Assembly: GCA_002269645.1 (NCBI GenBank)
Contig: NIVC01002911.1
Location: forward strand, 1,665 to 65,664
Length of the DNA stretch: 64,000 nucleotides
Source of the DNA: Macrostomum lignano
Taxonomy: Eukaryota
Direction of reading: 5' to 3'
Numbering within the stretch: the first letter of the stretch is position 1; every line of letters starts with the position of its first letter. The notes under the pieces are model-generated. The model was given only the letters and a program-made list of their open reading frames with translations, was not told the origin of the DNA and did no database searches. The position numbers and the translations under genes were made by a program. Below, piece after piece: positions 35,901-47,180 of this stretch.

Positions 35901-38194
35901 CTTAAGGAGACGACAAGGCTGTGGACAGAAAGAGAAGTCTTTTTGACAATAAGCGGCACAAATTCTTAATCGATTTTGACAGAGTAGTTCTGACAGGATT
36001 CTGTCATTTTCTAAGCGTTCCTCATGCAAGTAGGCAGACTCGCTACCTCAAGAAGACACTCGAAAACAACATTGATAAAGCGAACGAGATGCCAAATTTG
36101 ATCTTGTGAACTCAAGTAATGCAGTCGAATTCTTTACGAAGGTAAACGACTTCGTTAACTGAGTCCACGGCTTCTCGAGACAGGTATCCAAAGAGAAAAA
36201 CCAAGTTCAATGGTTTTTTTACAAAAGCCAGATTGTAGAGCTTCCATCGATTTTTTTCTGTAATATCCAATTGGTTTAGTTGGCAAGAAGACTTGGCGCT
36301 CACAGAGCTGTGTATGCAGCTGGCACAGCCGTGCTGACACTACCGAGTGTCTGCAACTCCCAATCCCACAGCCTGTATTCCCACCGCAGTTTACTTTCAA
36401 ATAATATTAGTCGCAGGGAAGACTGTGAGCACCTGGTGCAACGCTTTTGGCAACATCGTTCCGCAGCCACAAACAACAACGCTGAGATTCCTGAGCAGGA
36501 AGGCACGCACTCATACACAGCGCTCACACAGGGTGTACAGGGTCCTGACTTACTAATTCCTAATTATGGATATCTAATTATGGATGTCATAATTCAGGTA
36601 ATCCCATAATCCTAATTGGAGATTTCATCATATAGTTAAAAATCCCTAATTAGAGATTTTTCATCCATGGTAGATACTCAGAATTAATCCCTAATTAAAG
36701 ATCCCATAATCCAGGTAATAAATCCCTAATTTAATGATCCCATAATCCAGGTAATAAATCCCTTATTTAATGATCCCATAATCCAGGTAGTAAATCCCTA
36801 ATTAGAGATTCTATCATCCAGGTAATAATTCCTTAATTAGAGATCCCATCCTTCAGGTAATGAATCCCTAATTATAGATCCCATCCTTCAGGTAATAAGT
36901 CCCTAATTAGAGATCTCATCATGCAGGTAATAAGTCCCTAATTAGAGATCCCATCATGCAGGTAATAAATCCCTAATTATAGATCCCATCCTTCAGGTAA
37001 TAAGTCCCTAATTAGAGATCTCATCATGCAGGTAATAAGTCCCTAATTAGAGATCCCATCATGCAGGTAATAAATCCCTAATTATAGATCCCATCCTTCA
37101 GGTAATAAGTCCCTAATTAGAGATCTCATCATGCAGGTAATAAGTCCCTAATTAGAGATCCCATCATGCAGGTAATAAGTCCCTAATTAGAGATCTCATC
37201 ATGCAGGTAATAAATCCTTAATTAGACATCCCATAATCCAGAGAAATAAATCTCTAATTAAAGATCCCATTATTCAGGCAATAAATCCCTAATTATAGAT
37301 CGCATCATCCAGGCAACAAATCATTAATTAGAGACAGCATCAGGTCCCATCATCATGCATTAAAAAAGAATGAAAGAATACAAATCATACCTGGGACGTG
37401 GCCAGCTGTGGCGGCAGATTAACGTGCAAAGTCTCTAAGCTAGCAACAGCCCTAGCCATAAACTGAGGCCTCTGTAGGGCAATATTAACCAGCGAATTCA
37501 TGCCCACCTGTAGGCAGATACTGCTAGAGTCGCTGTGAGCCAAAGTTAGCAGCTCGTCAAAGCACCGTTTGCCTTCGTCTTCCAATCGTTTAATATTCAA
37601 AGTCCGATGATCCAATGGTATTTGATCCAGCGACACGTCTTTCTCTTGAGCTTTGGGAATTTCAGAGTCCGGCCGTCGGCGCGACTGGGTGAGCACAACC
37701 GCTTCGAGAAACTTGATAACAAATGCTCGAATACCTTCATTATCGCTGGCCAGTAGGGCTAAAATTCGTTCTTTAATTTTGCAAGCGATGCCAAATGTGT
37801 CAACTATGACTTTGTTAGCGCCTTTACTCCTAGCCAGCCACGATAGGCAGAGCTTGTACACTACAGTGTGCGCTCCGATCACTCGTTTGATAACGTTCAG
37901 CTTCTCCTTGTCATTCTGTATGATGTGATACAGCCGTTCGACACCTTTGCGCAGATGATCGTTGTCGTACTTGCAGGCTAATTCAATGAATTCTACAACA
38001 GCCCGGCGCACTTCGGCGTGCTTGTCGTGCTGGAAGTCCATGAATTCGTCTAAGAAATTGTCTAGCAGAGATGGCTCGCGGTGAAAGATCAGCTCGCGAA
38101 CCTGGGATAAACAGTCGAGTTTCTCCTTGGCAACGAAGCTAGTCTGAGCGTCGCCTAGCAACTGTACAACTCGTTGAAACGTATTTGACGGCAT
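26956..38194 (-). CDS. SYMPK: Symplekin (cleavage/polyadenylation scaffold), 6 exons, ~1170 aa
   Basis: Exons 38194-37391, 35018-34452, 33695-33172, 31038-30489, 29674-29308, 27656-26956. All introns are GT-AG and phases are consistent (3513 nt). Conserved blocks: LLDNFLDE, FLEAVVLTQS, IALQRPQFM, LPPQLATSQ|VTSVRKCLK, YTPIAAAGTPAQ|IGHLSRLLA, LPTLLFRSMMQAHSMYPRL, LWEGFVRC. Confidence 0.95.
27695..28240. repeat. ATGACTAGA-based minisatellite (~42-bp dimer), symplekin intron 5
   Basis: Tandem ATGACTAGAATAGGAGTGCCTTATGACTAGAATGACTTATTC. Confidence 0.9.
28790..29245. repeat. Degenerate ~22-bp repeat (GGTTGCTAAGGTGATTTT), symplekin intron 5
   Basis: Tandem degenerate copies. Confidence 0.85.
29790..30430. 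repeat. 21-bp minisatellite (TTGGAATTAGGAAGCGGCACA), symplekin intron 4
   Basis: About 30 copies. Confidence 0.95.
31150..31730. repeat. 45-bp minisatellite with TGTCAGCTGACA palindrome, symplekin intron 3
   Basis: About 13 near-identical copies. Confidence 0.95.
32415..33110. repeat. 19-20-bp minisatellite (ATGACCCATGG...AGCTT), symplekin intron 3
   Basis: Tandem repeat with an internal larger duplication. Confidence 0.92.
33740..34360. repeat. Degenerate ~27-bp repeat (GGATTTAGGATTATGAGTCGAATCTGA), symplekin intron 2
   Basis: Tandem degenerate copies. Confidence 0.9.
35315..35870. repeat. ~33-bp minisatellite carrying the GTCACGTGAC palindrome, symplekin intron 1
   Basis: 13 perfect GTCACGTGAC copies plus ~4 variants, counted by eye. 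Confidence 0.95.
36600..37340. repeat. 35-bp minisatellite (CAGGTAATAAGTCCCTAATTAGAGATCTCATCATG), symplekin intron 1
   Basis: About 20 copies. Confidence 0.93.
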
Positions 38195-38364
38195 GTTAAA
38201 TGGCGGCTGAAGTGAGAAGGATTTATAAACATAGAGATGATGTACTGATATTGAATACTAAATATACTTAGATAGTAAATTGGAATTTAAGATGGACGAT
38301 TGCACCGTTAACTACGAGCTTAGAAGCTTGATAAACTGGAAAGTCTGTTGGCGGCTTGGCAGTT

Positions 38365-38850
38365 GGCAGCTGAGGATCTGGGAGGCTGGCCCAGCAACTC
38401 TGGGGATCTGGAAGGCTGGCCCAGCAACTCTGGGGATCTGGAAGGCTGGCCCAGCAACTCTGGGGATTTGGAAGGCTGGCCCAGCAACTCTGGGGATCTG
38501 GAAGGCTGGCCCAGCAACTCTGGGGATCTGGAAGGCTGGCCCAGCAACTCTGGGGATCTGGAAGGCTGGCCCAGCAACTCTGGGGATCTGGAAGGCTGGC
38601 CCAGCAACTCTGGGGATCTGGGAGGCTGGTGGCTCAGCAACTGAGGATCTGGGAGGCTAGTGACTCAGAGAATGAGGATCTGGGAGGCTGGCCCAGCAAC
38701 TGAGAGGATCTGGGAGGCTAGTGACTCAGAGAATGAGGATCTGGGAGGCTAGTGACTCAGAGAATGAGGATCTGGGAGGCTAGTGGCTCAGAGATTGAGG
38801 ATCTGGGAGGCTGGCCCAGCAACTGAGAGGATCTGGGAGGCTCAGAGGCT
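38365..38850. repeat. 28-30-bp minisatellite (GGCTGGCCCAGCAACT family) just upstream of the symplekin ATG
   Basis: Tandem repeat. Confidence 0.95.
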
Positions 38851-40523
38851 GGCAGTCCAACCTAGAAGCGAAAATTCAAAGCGACTTCGTCAACGAGATG
38901 CAGGCAGCCAAAACAACGAGTTCAAGAGCGGGGAGCTTGAAGAGGCCTGAAGAATATTTCATTCGAAAATTGACTTGATTTGTTATAAAGCGGCTTCGGT
39001 TTTTTCTAACCAAAGAGCCCGCATAACCATTGATAGCTCAAAAGCAAAGAATACTCAAAGAAGGCGGAAGAGCCGCAGATTAAAAGACAAGTAGGGAAAA
39101 AGAAAAATCTCCAAAAAAAGGCTGCAGATGGCAGAGCTTAATCAAAGGTAAACGAGAGTTATTCCTTTATCATTGAGAAAGGGTTTTTGCCGCTCAAGAG
39201 CAAGTGCCCCTATACAACTGGGACGTGAGCATCTGCCAGATTTGCTACTGAAAATCTCTTGATCAGTATATTTTTCATCCTTTCTCCAAAAAACCTGTTG
39301 AGCTGCATGAAAGAATAAACAAGTCGCAGGTTTCGCTTGGCAGCTGATTAAACAAATCGTGCTCCTCTGTTGAGAGAGGCATAGGCATTGTCACTGGGCA
39401 CGGCTCATTCGGTAGCTCTTAGAAGCAGAAAGAAAAATAACTAGACAGAAACGGGGGAAAACTAAAAGATTATAAAATTTGAGATTTTGCAACTAATAAA
39501 GAAACACACGTACGATAGAATTTAGATAGCCCATTTTTATCTAATCAAGAAAAAAACGAGACTGATTTAAACAGCTGAGGCTGGTCAAGCGTTTTCTCAG
39601 TGGCACAAAGACCTTCCATTCGATGCTCTTCCTTTAGGGTAGAAAAAATCCACAGTAGACACTCGAAATGTACTTTGAAAAAAAGCGAATGTGATATGCT
39701 ACTCACAAAAGTATGATAAGTAGCATGCAATGAAAATTGAACAATTTCTAGTTTTTTTTATGAAAGACAAACAAAAGAACTTTAAGAACAATACTTTTTG
39801 ATGCAACTACTACACAAATCCTATTGCAGAGGATTGCCTTGGAATTCAAATAGCTTTATGTGAATATTTAAGCAAAATAATCTAAGGGCATAGGGTAATG
39901 GAGTTGGCTATGACTATTGCTTTTTGAATCACTGGGGGAAAACTCAATGATACTATGAGATTTGGGTATCCAGATCTTCAATCAAATTATCAAATTTTAT
40001 TATTATATTCCAAGATAGACATCTATCTTTAATGATATATTTTATTCATCAAGCTAGAACTTTGATATATCAATTTCTATCAACTGAATGACTAAACAAT
40101 AATGACATATATTATTGTTTAGTAATTTAATAGTACTATATATACTTTACTATATATTTACTATACTATATATACTATATATACTTTTATAATACTATAA
40201 TAATACTGTATTATTGTTTAATAATTTAGTAATGTATTAAAAGTCACTGAGAAAACACAAATTGAAGCTTTTCTATTTGTTCATAATTGCACATCATTTT
40301 AGAGCATTCTGGCATTAGAGGAGAACAATATTGATATCACTTGGAGCCACAAACAACAGAGAGAATTAGAATGCACAAAATCTATAGTCCATCTAGCTAG
40401 AACAAGAACTGCCACCATTTATCTCTTCCTTACTGACCCAGTCAATAAGATGAAATGAAAAATAAAACTTGAACATAATTTGTGACACCTATGATACCTA
40501 TACCAATGGTTTGGCATAGTGAC

Positions 40524-40916
40524 TAGAGGTCGGATGGGATCCCGATCCCGATCCCGAAATCTCGGGATCCCGAGGAAAATTGAATTCCCGCGGGACCAGA
40601 ATCCCGACCCTAAAAAAGTCGAGATTCGGGAACAGGTCTTTCGATTAATAATTTATAGAATTAGTGATTACTTAAAGGTATTTTGCTTCAACTTGTACTC
40701 GTTATATTATTTACTTTGTTGGTTACAAAACTTCATATCAATTTCGTTGTGTTTTACTTCTTGATCTTGACAATCTTTTCTCAATTTTGTTTAACTTTAC
40801 ATGGACAATACACTAAAAGACCTGATCCTGATTCCCGAATCCCGATCCCGATCCCGAGAAAAAAATTATTCCCGATCCCGATCCCGCCCGAAGATTTCAA
40901 TCCCGTCTGACCTCTA
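40524..40916. mobile_element. Non-autonomous hAT-type MITE, 393 bp
   Basis: TIR TAGAGGTCGGATGGGAT / ATCCCGTCTGACCTCTA (2 mismatches), perfect 8-bp TSD ATAGTGAC (40516-40523 and 40917-40924), subterminal GATCCC repeats. Confidence 0.9.
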
Positions 40917-42270
40917 ATAGTGACAGGTGTGATACAGCTGACACCACATCTGACAATAGTCACTGCTGTGACAATGAGGCTAAAGACACCCAACACTGAC
41001 AACAATATTGCCCTTGACACTTAGATCAACAGATTGCATCTTGAAATAATAAAAACATTTGACAAAATCTAGCTAACAAAAGCATTGATTCTGAATCACC
41101 ATGTGGAGTGTTGTTGCTAACAATGCTAAGTGCTTACTAAAGCTGCAATGCCATTTGCCAAATCAGGCAACTGAAGCAGCTGGTGCTACAGTATGTCTTG
41201 CCTCTTCTAGAAGGCCTTGCTAGTTCACTTGATATAAAATGTCCCAGCTATATATATTATAATCTTTTAATAATAATGCTTTTAAAAATTGAACTATTAG
41301 AGAGAAAATTATTGTAGGGCATAATATTTTCAATATCTATTAGCCATGTTATTCATGAGAAAACCTAGGTCTATATTTACTACTTTGAGTAGGCTTAATA
41401 GATTTGCTATTTCTATTTTAGTTTGCCTCAATATAGAATCATACTAAAATTGCTTAATAATATATATTAACATGGTTACAACTGGGCAATCTTTTAGTTT
41501 TGCACATTTAAAATTATTTTTTTTAAAAATAATGACCTCTTTAGTTATTGCAACTAAATATTAAAACTCCTAAGAGTATAAGACATGGCAATGTGTCAAT
41601 TCTATATCTAGGTCACTAGTTTGAGATGGCTAAAGGCTATGTCTATAGCAAAAACCTGCAATTGCTCCTTGTTTTTTTAAAGGGACTGAGGTAGAAAGGA
41701 CTAGGACTGGGATTCTGAGAGATTTCTTGCTTTGATTGCTTTCTTAAGCAATCTTGATTGTCAATCTTAAGTAATCCTCCTTCCTATATACTAAAAATGA
41801 GTTGTCTGTATCTATCTATCTATCTATCTAGCTATGCGATAGTTTTCAGAAAAATTGGCTCAACCGATTTTCTTCAAACTTGCACCATTTGATCAGAAAT
41901 TTTCCTGGCACAGTACATGCATCTTGGCTAAGAAATTGCTCAATGTTAAAGGTATTAAATATTCGAAAAACATGCTTTTTTGCAAAGGTCAAGCAAAATT
42001 TTCGACTTGAAATGCATTGTAAGAATGCTAGAGAAAAAGCTGACTGACTGAATTCCGATTGTGATAAAGATTGCATCACAACAAGATAAAAACAGTGTCG
42101 AAAAAATGCACACACGACTTGATTAAAATTGCGTAACCATATTGCTAACTTAAATTGAAACTGATACTGGCTGACTGAGAAATTGATTATGTCATAACTT
42201 TTTACTCCAATTGACTTGCTGTAAGAATTGAATTATAAGGGCCACAATTCATGTTCTCCAATTGAAAAGA

Positions 42271-42335
42271 GATAGCCCAGATGCGAACAGACTGAAATGC
42301 TAATGTAGCGACCTGGGTTCGAATCTTAGCAATGC
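42271..42335 (+). other. tRNA-derived (SINE-head-like) fragment
   Basis: A-box-like TAGCCCAG, anticodon-loop-like CTGAAAT and B-box GGTTCGAATC; no complete cloverleaf. Confidence 0.35.
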
Positions 42336-42389
42336 AAAATAATTTTTTTATTAAAACACTTTAAAAAACACAACATGCTAAACATAAAA

Positions 42390-44230
42390 AAGCGCAATGT
42401 CAAACATAAAAGTGGCACCATGTTGAACATTAAATTAAGAGCCACAATGTTGAACATTAAAGAGCCACCATGTTTAACATTAAAGAGCCACCATGTCAAA
42501 AATAAAAGAGCCACCATGTCACACATAAAAGAGCCACCATGTCGAACATCAAAGAGCCACCATACAAAATATAAAAGAGTCACCATGCCAAACATAAAAG
42601 AGCCACTATTTCAAACATTAAAGAGCCACAATATGAGACATAAAAGAGCAACCATGTCAAATATAAAAGAGCTACCATGTCAAACATTAAAGAGCCACCA
42701 TGTAGAACATTAAAGAGCGACCACCATGTCAAACGTAAAAAAAGCCACTATGTCAAACATAAAAGCGCCACCATGTAAAACATATACGTGACTCCATGTC
42801 AAACATAAAAGAGCCACCATGAAGAACATTAAAGAGCAACTATGTCAAACAATAAAGAGCCACCTTGTCAAATATTTTAAAAGCACCATGTCAAACAATA
42901 AAGAGCCACCATGTCGAACATTAAAGAGCCACCATGTCCAACATTATAGAGCCACCATGTTGAACATTAACGAGTCACCATGTCAAGTATATTCGTGACT
43001 CCATGTCGAACATTAGAGAGCCACCATGTCGAACATTAAAGAGGCATCATGTCTAACATTAAAGAGCCACCATGTCTAACATTAAAGAGCCACCATTTCG
43101 AACATTAAAGAGCCACCATGTCTAACATTAAAGAGCCACCATGTCTAACATTAAAGAGCCACCATGTCTAACATTAAAGAGCCACCAAGTAAAAAATTAA
43201 TGAGCCACCATGTCTAACATTAAAGAGCCACCATATCTAACATTATAGAGCCACCATGCCGAACATTAAAGAGCCACCATTTCAAACATTAAAGAGTCAT
43301 CATTACATTAAGGTGCCACCAGGTCAAACATTAAAGAGCCACCATGTCTAACATTAAAGAGCCACCATGTCAAACATAAAAGAGCCACCATGTCAAACAT
43401 AAAAGAGCCACCATGTCAAACATAAAAGAGCCACCATGTCAAACATTAAAGAGCCACCATGTCAAACATTAAAGAGCCACCATGTCAAACATTAAAGAGC
43501 CACCATGTCAAACTTAAAACAGCCACCATGTCAAACATAAAAGAGCCACCATGTCAAACATATATGTGACTCCATGTCAAACAGTAAAGAGCCACCATGT
43601 CAAGCACAAAAGAGCCACCATGTCTAACATAAAAGAACCACCATGTCAACATAAAAGAGCCACCATGTCAAACATTAAAGAGCCGCAATGTCAAACATTA
43701 AAGAGCCATCATGTCTAACATTAAAGAGCCACCATGTCTAACATTAAAGAGCCACCATGTCTAACATAAAAGAGCCACCATGTCAAACATAAAAGAGCCA
43801 CCATGTCGAACATAAAAGAACCACCATGTCGAACATAAAAGAGCCACCATGTCAAACATAAAAGAGCCACCATGTCAAACATTAAAGAGCCACCATGTCG
43901 AACATTAAAGAGCCACCATGTCAAACATAAAAGAGCCACCATGTCAAACATATATGTGACTCTATGTCAAACAGTAAAGAGCCACCATGTCAAGCATAAA
44001 AGAGCCACCATGTCGAATATAAAAGAACCACCATGTCGAAAATTAAAGAGCCACCATGTCAAACATTAAAGAGCCATAATGTCAAACATTAAAGAGCCAC
44101 CATGTCGAACATTAAAGGGCCACCATGTCAAACATAAAAGTTCCCCTATGTCAAACAATAAAGAGACACCATGTCAGACATTAAAAAAACCCCGAATCAA
44201 ACATAAGAGAGCCACCATGTAGAATATAAA
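42390..44230. repeat. 23-bp minisatellite (AAAGAGCCACCATGTCAAACATT), ~80 copies
   Basis: Direct tandem repeat. Confidence 0.95.
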
Positions 44231-44881
44231 ATTTTACACAATTTCAAATGTAAAAGTAAGCGTCATGCCAATTTTAAAGGAGCCACTATAGAGCTAAGGA
44301 AATTGTCGCACTAGCTACTTATTGTATGGTGGATGCTTACTATTTGGGGATGCTTGCTATCTGGGGGATGCTTGCAATCTGGGGATGCTTGCTATCTGGG
44401 GGATGCTTGCTGTCTTGGGATGATTTCTTTTTGCATTACACTTTATTTAAGCAGTTTGTCTGTCGTCTTTGTGAAGGCTTTATTTGGCTGTCTTTTTGTT
44501 ACTTGTAGAGAACAGAGATTCTATACAGATGTCCCCTAACGGGGGGCAAAGATTGCTAGTAACAACTCTTCTTGATCATGGCTAGATGCCCTGTTATACC
44601 TACTAGCATAAGCCCAGTTCAGGGGCCATGCATGGTACATCTAAGGCCTTGTTTGATGACAATACCTACCTAAATAAATTTCTATGGCACTGTTGCCACC
44701 TAGGTAACATTTTCAGCAACATACTTTAACTCTTCTAGGTGGCCCACTACTACAATGTCTATAATGCAACCAAACGTGACAAAACAAACTCTAACTATTG
44801 TTTAATTTTGTTAAAACTTTGTTCAAAATTCTTTAAATTCAAAAAAATAATTAAACATGCAAAACTAGAGGATTGCCTAAT

Positions 44882-45379
44882 ATGTGTGGGTTCCCCGACA
44901 GATATTCACCTGACAGATATTTTTTTCTTTGGGCAGATAATTCAAACAAAAAATGAATTTATCAAGAAATGAAAAGTTTTGGTTTATCTTGGTTGAAGAT
45001 CGTTGATCAACAAAAACTTTGATTTATTGCTGCGTCTCAATGCTTCAATCATTTGCTCTGAAACTTTTATCACTTCTTGACGCATGTCTCAGCTTTGCAA
45101 TGCCATCTTAGACACATGATTCCCTTTTGTATTTCCCGAGATATTTGCTTCCAAAATGTGTTTGTTAGGGGTGCCAATGAATTCGTCTTTTGACACACTT
45201 TGCATTCATGCCAATTTTTTATTCTTTGGGTCAGAAAAATTCTGCTTACAAATTTTTAAAGCTGAATATGGCGTCAGAGTAAGAAATGTATCCTGAAACA
45301 TAAATTCATTTTTTGTTTGATTTATCTGCCCGAAGAAAAAATATCTGTTGTGTGAATATCTGTCGGGGAACCCACACAT
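44882..45379. mobile_element. MITE with ~80-bp imperfect TIRs
   Basis: ATGTGTGGGTTCCCCGACAGATATTCAC at the left end is mirrored by GTGAATATCTGTCGGGGAACCCACACAT. TSD ambiguous. Confidence 0.8.
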
Positions 45380-45592
45380 CTTATATTACTATATATAGCT
45401 AGGCCTATATATATTCAAAATTATAGTTTTTGAGTCCTTTATTTTGCATTTTATTTCAAGTTAGTGAATTCCATGTAGTTTATTTATTCTGCAATTTATC
45501 ATTTTTCTACAGATTCAACATTTTATTGTGCTATTCTATTCCAATTCTGCTGCAGCTTCTACATTTTACTGCGTGCCAAAATTATCAAATTA

Positions 45593-46187
45593 CAGGTTAC
45601 TTCAGTGACAAAAATAGTATGGAGCATGGAGCATTTGTTTAAAGTTTTTGCTTCTATTGTTAAAGGTTACTATTGAATAATTAACTATTATTTTTATTAT
45701 TGTTTGTCACTTTTAAAAAAAAACTTCCTCATCATAATAATTTTGCAATTTTGTTGTAATTCAATGTTGCTAAGCAACTAATTGCAAAATGTATGCTTTA
45801 GAAACTAATATAGCCTATTTTATGGTAGTGTAAAATATGATAGTGGTTTTTTCATTGTCAATGTATGCTTGTATGAAATTCAAGAACATTTTTATGTATG
45901 TAGGCAAACTGCAAAAAGGTTTTATTGCGATGCTAAATTTTGTAAAATCTGTCCAAGAGAGAACACAAAAAAGAATGAATTGAAAACAAATAAAAAAAAG
46001 AATAAAACTGAATATGTCACAATTGAGTTCAAAATTATTATTATCACGAAGTTTTATCTCAAAAAAGTGACAAACAATAATAATAACAATAATAATTAAA
46101 TATTCAATACTAACCTTTAAAAACGGAAGCAAAAACTTTAAACAAATGCTCCATGCTCCATACTATTTTTGTTACCTAAGTAACCTG
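45593..46187. mobile_element. Foldback MITE with ~170-bp TIRs, Tc1/mariner-like ends
   Basis: TA|CAGGTTACT...AAAAATAGTATGGAGCATGGAGCATTTGTTTAAAG is mirrored at 46130-46187; the right flank is TC rather than TA. Confidence 0.75.
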
Positions 46188-47180
46188 TCACCAAAATAGA
46201 TGACACCGAAATGCCTGTCACCGAAGTAACCAGTTACCAAATGATCACAGATCACTTATTACATAAATTACCAAATGGATTAAAAATGGAATAGAAAAAG
46301 CATTAGCAGGGGCCTAGGCTTACTGCTTAGGGTCAGGCCTAGGGCATAGGGCCTACAAAAAATAACTTTTAAGTCTGTCTGAACTGGAGTCAGAACAGAA
46401 GTTAGAAGACTGACCTCAGACATACATCTGAATAGGCCTATCTAAGTCTATATAGAATTGTCTTAGGCCTAGACTTAGGTTTGGATTGGTTGGTTGGTTT
46501 GTCTTACAAAAATATTTTTCTGGCGTCTGCGATTAAATTTGCATAGGCTAGGCTCTTAAGTTTAAGTAGGATTGATAAGTGATTGTGGCTTCTAAAAACG
46601 CAAGAAAAATATGCAACGCTCGTTCTCATGTAAACATAGGGCATACTTATTGTTTTTGTATTGTATATGATGATGAATTGATAGACTTGTAACGACGAGC
46701 GAGTGTACGCGTGTGTGTGTGTAACGAGTTAACGGTGACCATAGAGAAACAAAAAACGACTTAAACTTACTGAAAATTAACAAAATTTTTATTGTATAAT
46801 AACTTATATACTTCTTACTATGATTAGACACTAACTTCGTTTGATTACACTTGAGCTGATTCATTACTTTCCAAGAAATTACAGTTGATTTACTAATTTC
46901 GAATAATTTTATTCGAGTTGTGTGTAGCTATAATTTTGTAGGCTTATAAATTGCTATCTTGCATGTAAAAATTGATATTTTAAGCAAAGTCGGCCTAGGC
47001 ATTACAGTTATTGTTTGTTTTCTTTAGCTCAGTGGCTAGATTTAAATTTTACTTAGCATAAATTAGGCCCGGCTTAGTTAGAGGTTAGAGCGAGTCCTAG
47101 GCCTAGCACAAAGGCAAAGCATTTTATTTTTTACAACAGTCAAAATATTTAGATTGATTAGGCAGGCCTAAAAGTTAGGT

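Larger units (their letters stand above)
41811..44559 (+). mobile_element. Putative non-autonomous Helitron carrying a minisatellite and a tRNA-like fragment
   Basis: 5' A|TCTATCTATC...GGCTCAACCGATTTT; 3' hairpin CCCC-TAAC-GGGG followed by CTAG|T. No Rep/Hel coding. Boundaries are inferred. Confidence 0.45.

Noticed and set aside
35900-36560. Unique coding-like stretch in symplekin intron 1 (possible extra exon or gene relic)
   Set aside because: Symplekin exons 1 and 2 already join in conserved sequence (SQ|VTSVRK). All frames contain stops and no family was recognisable.
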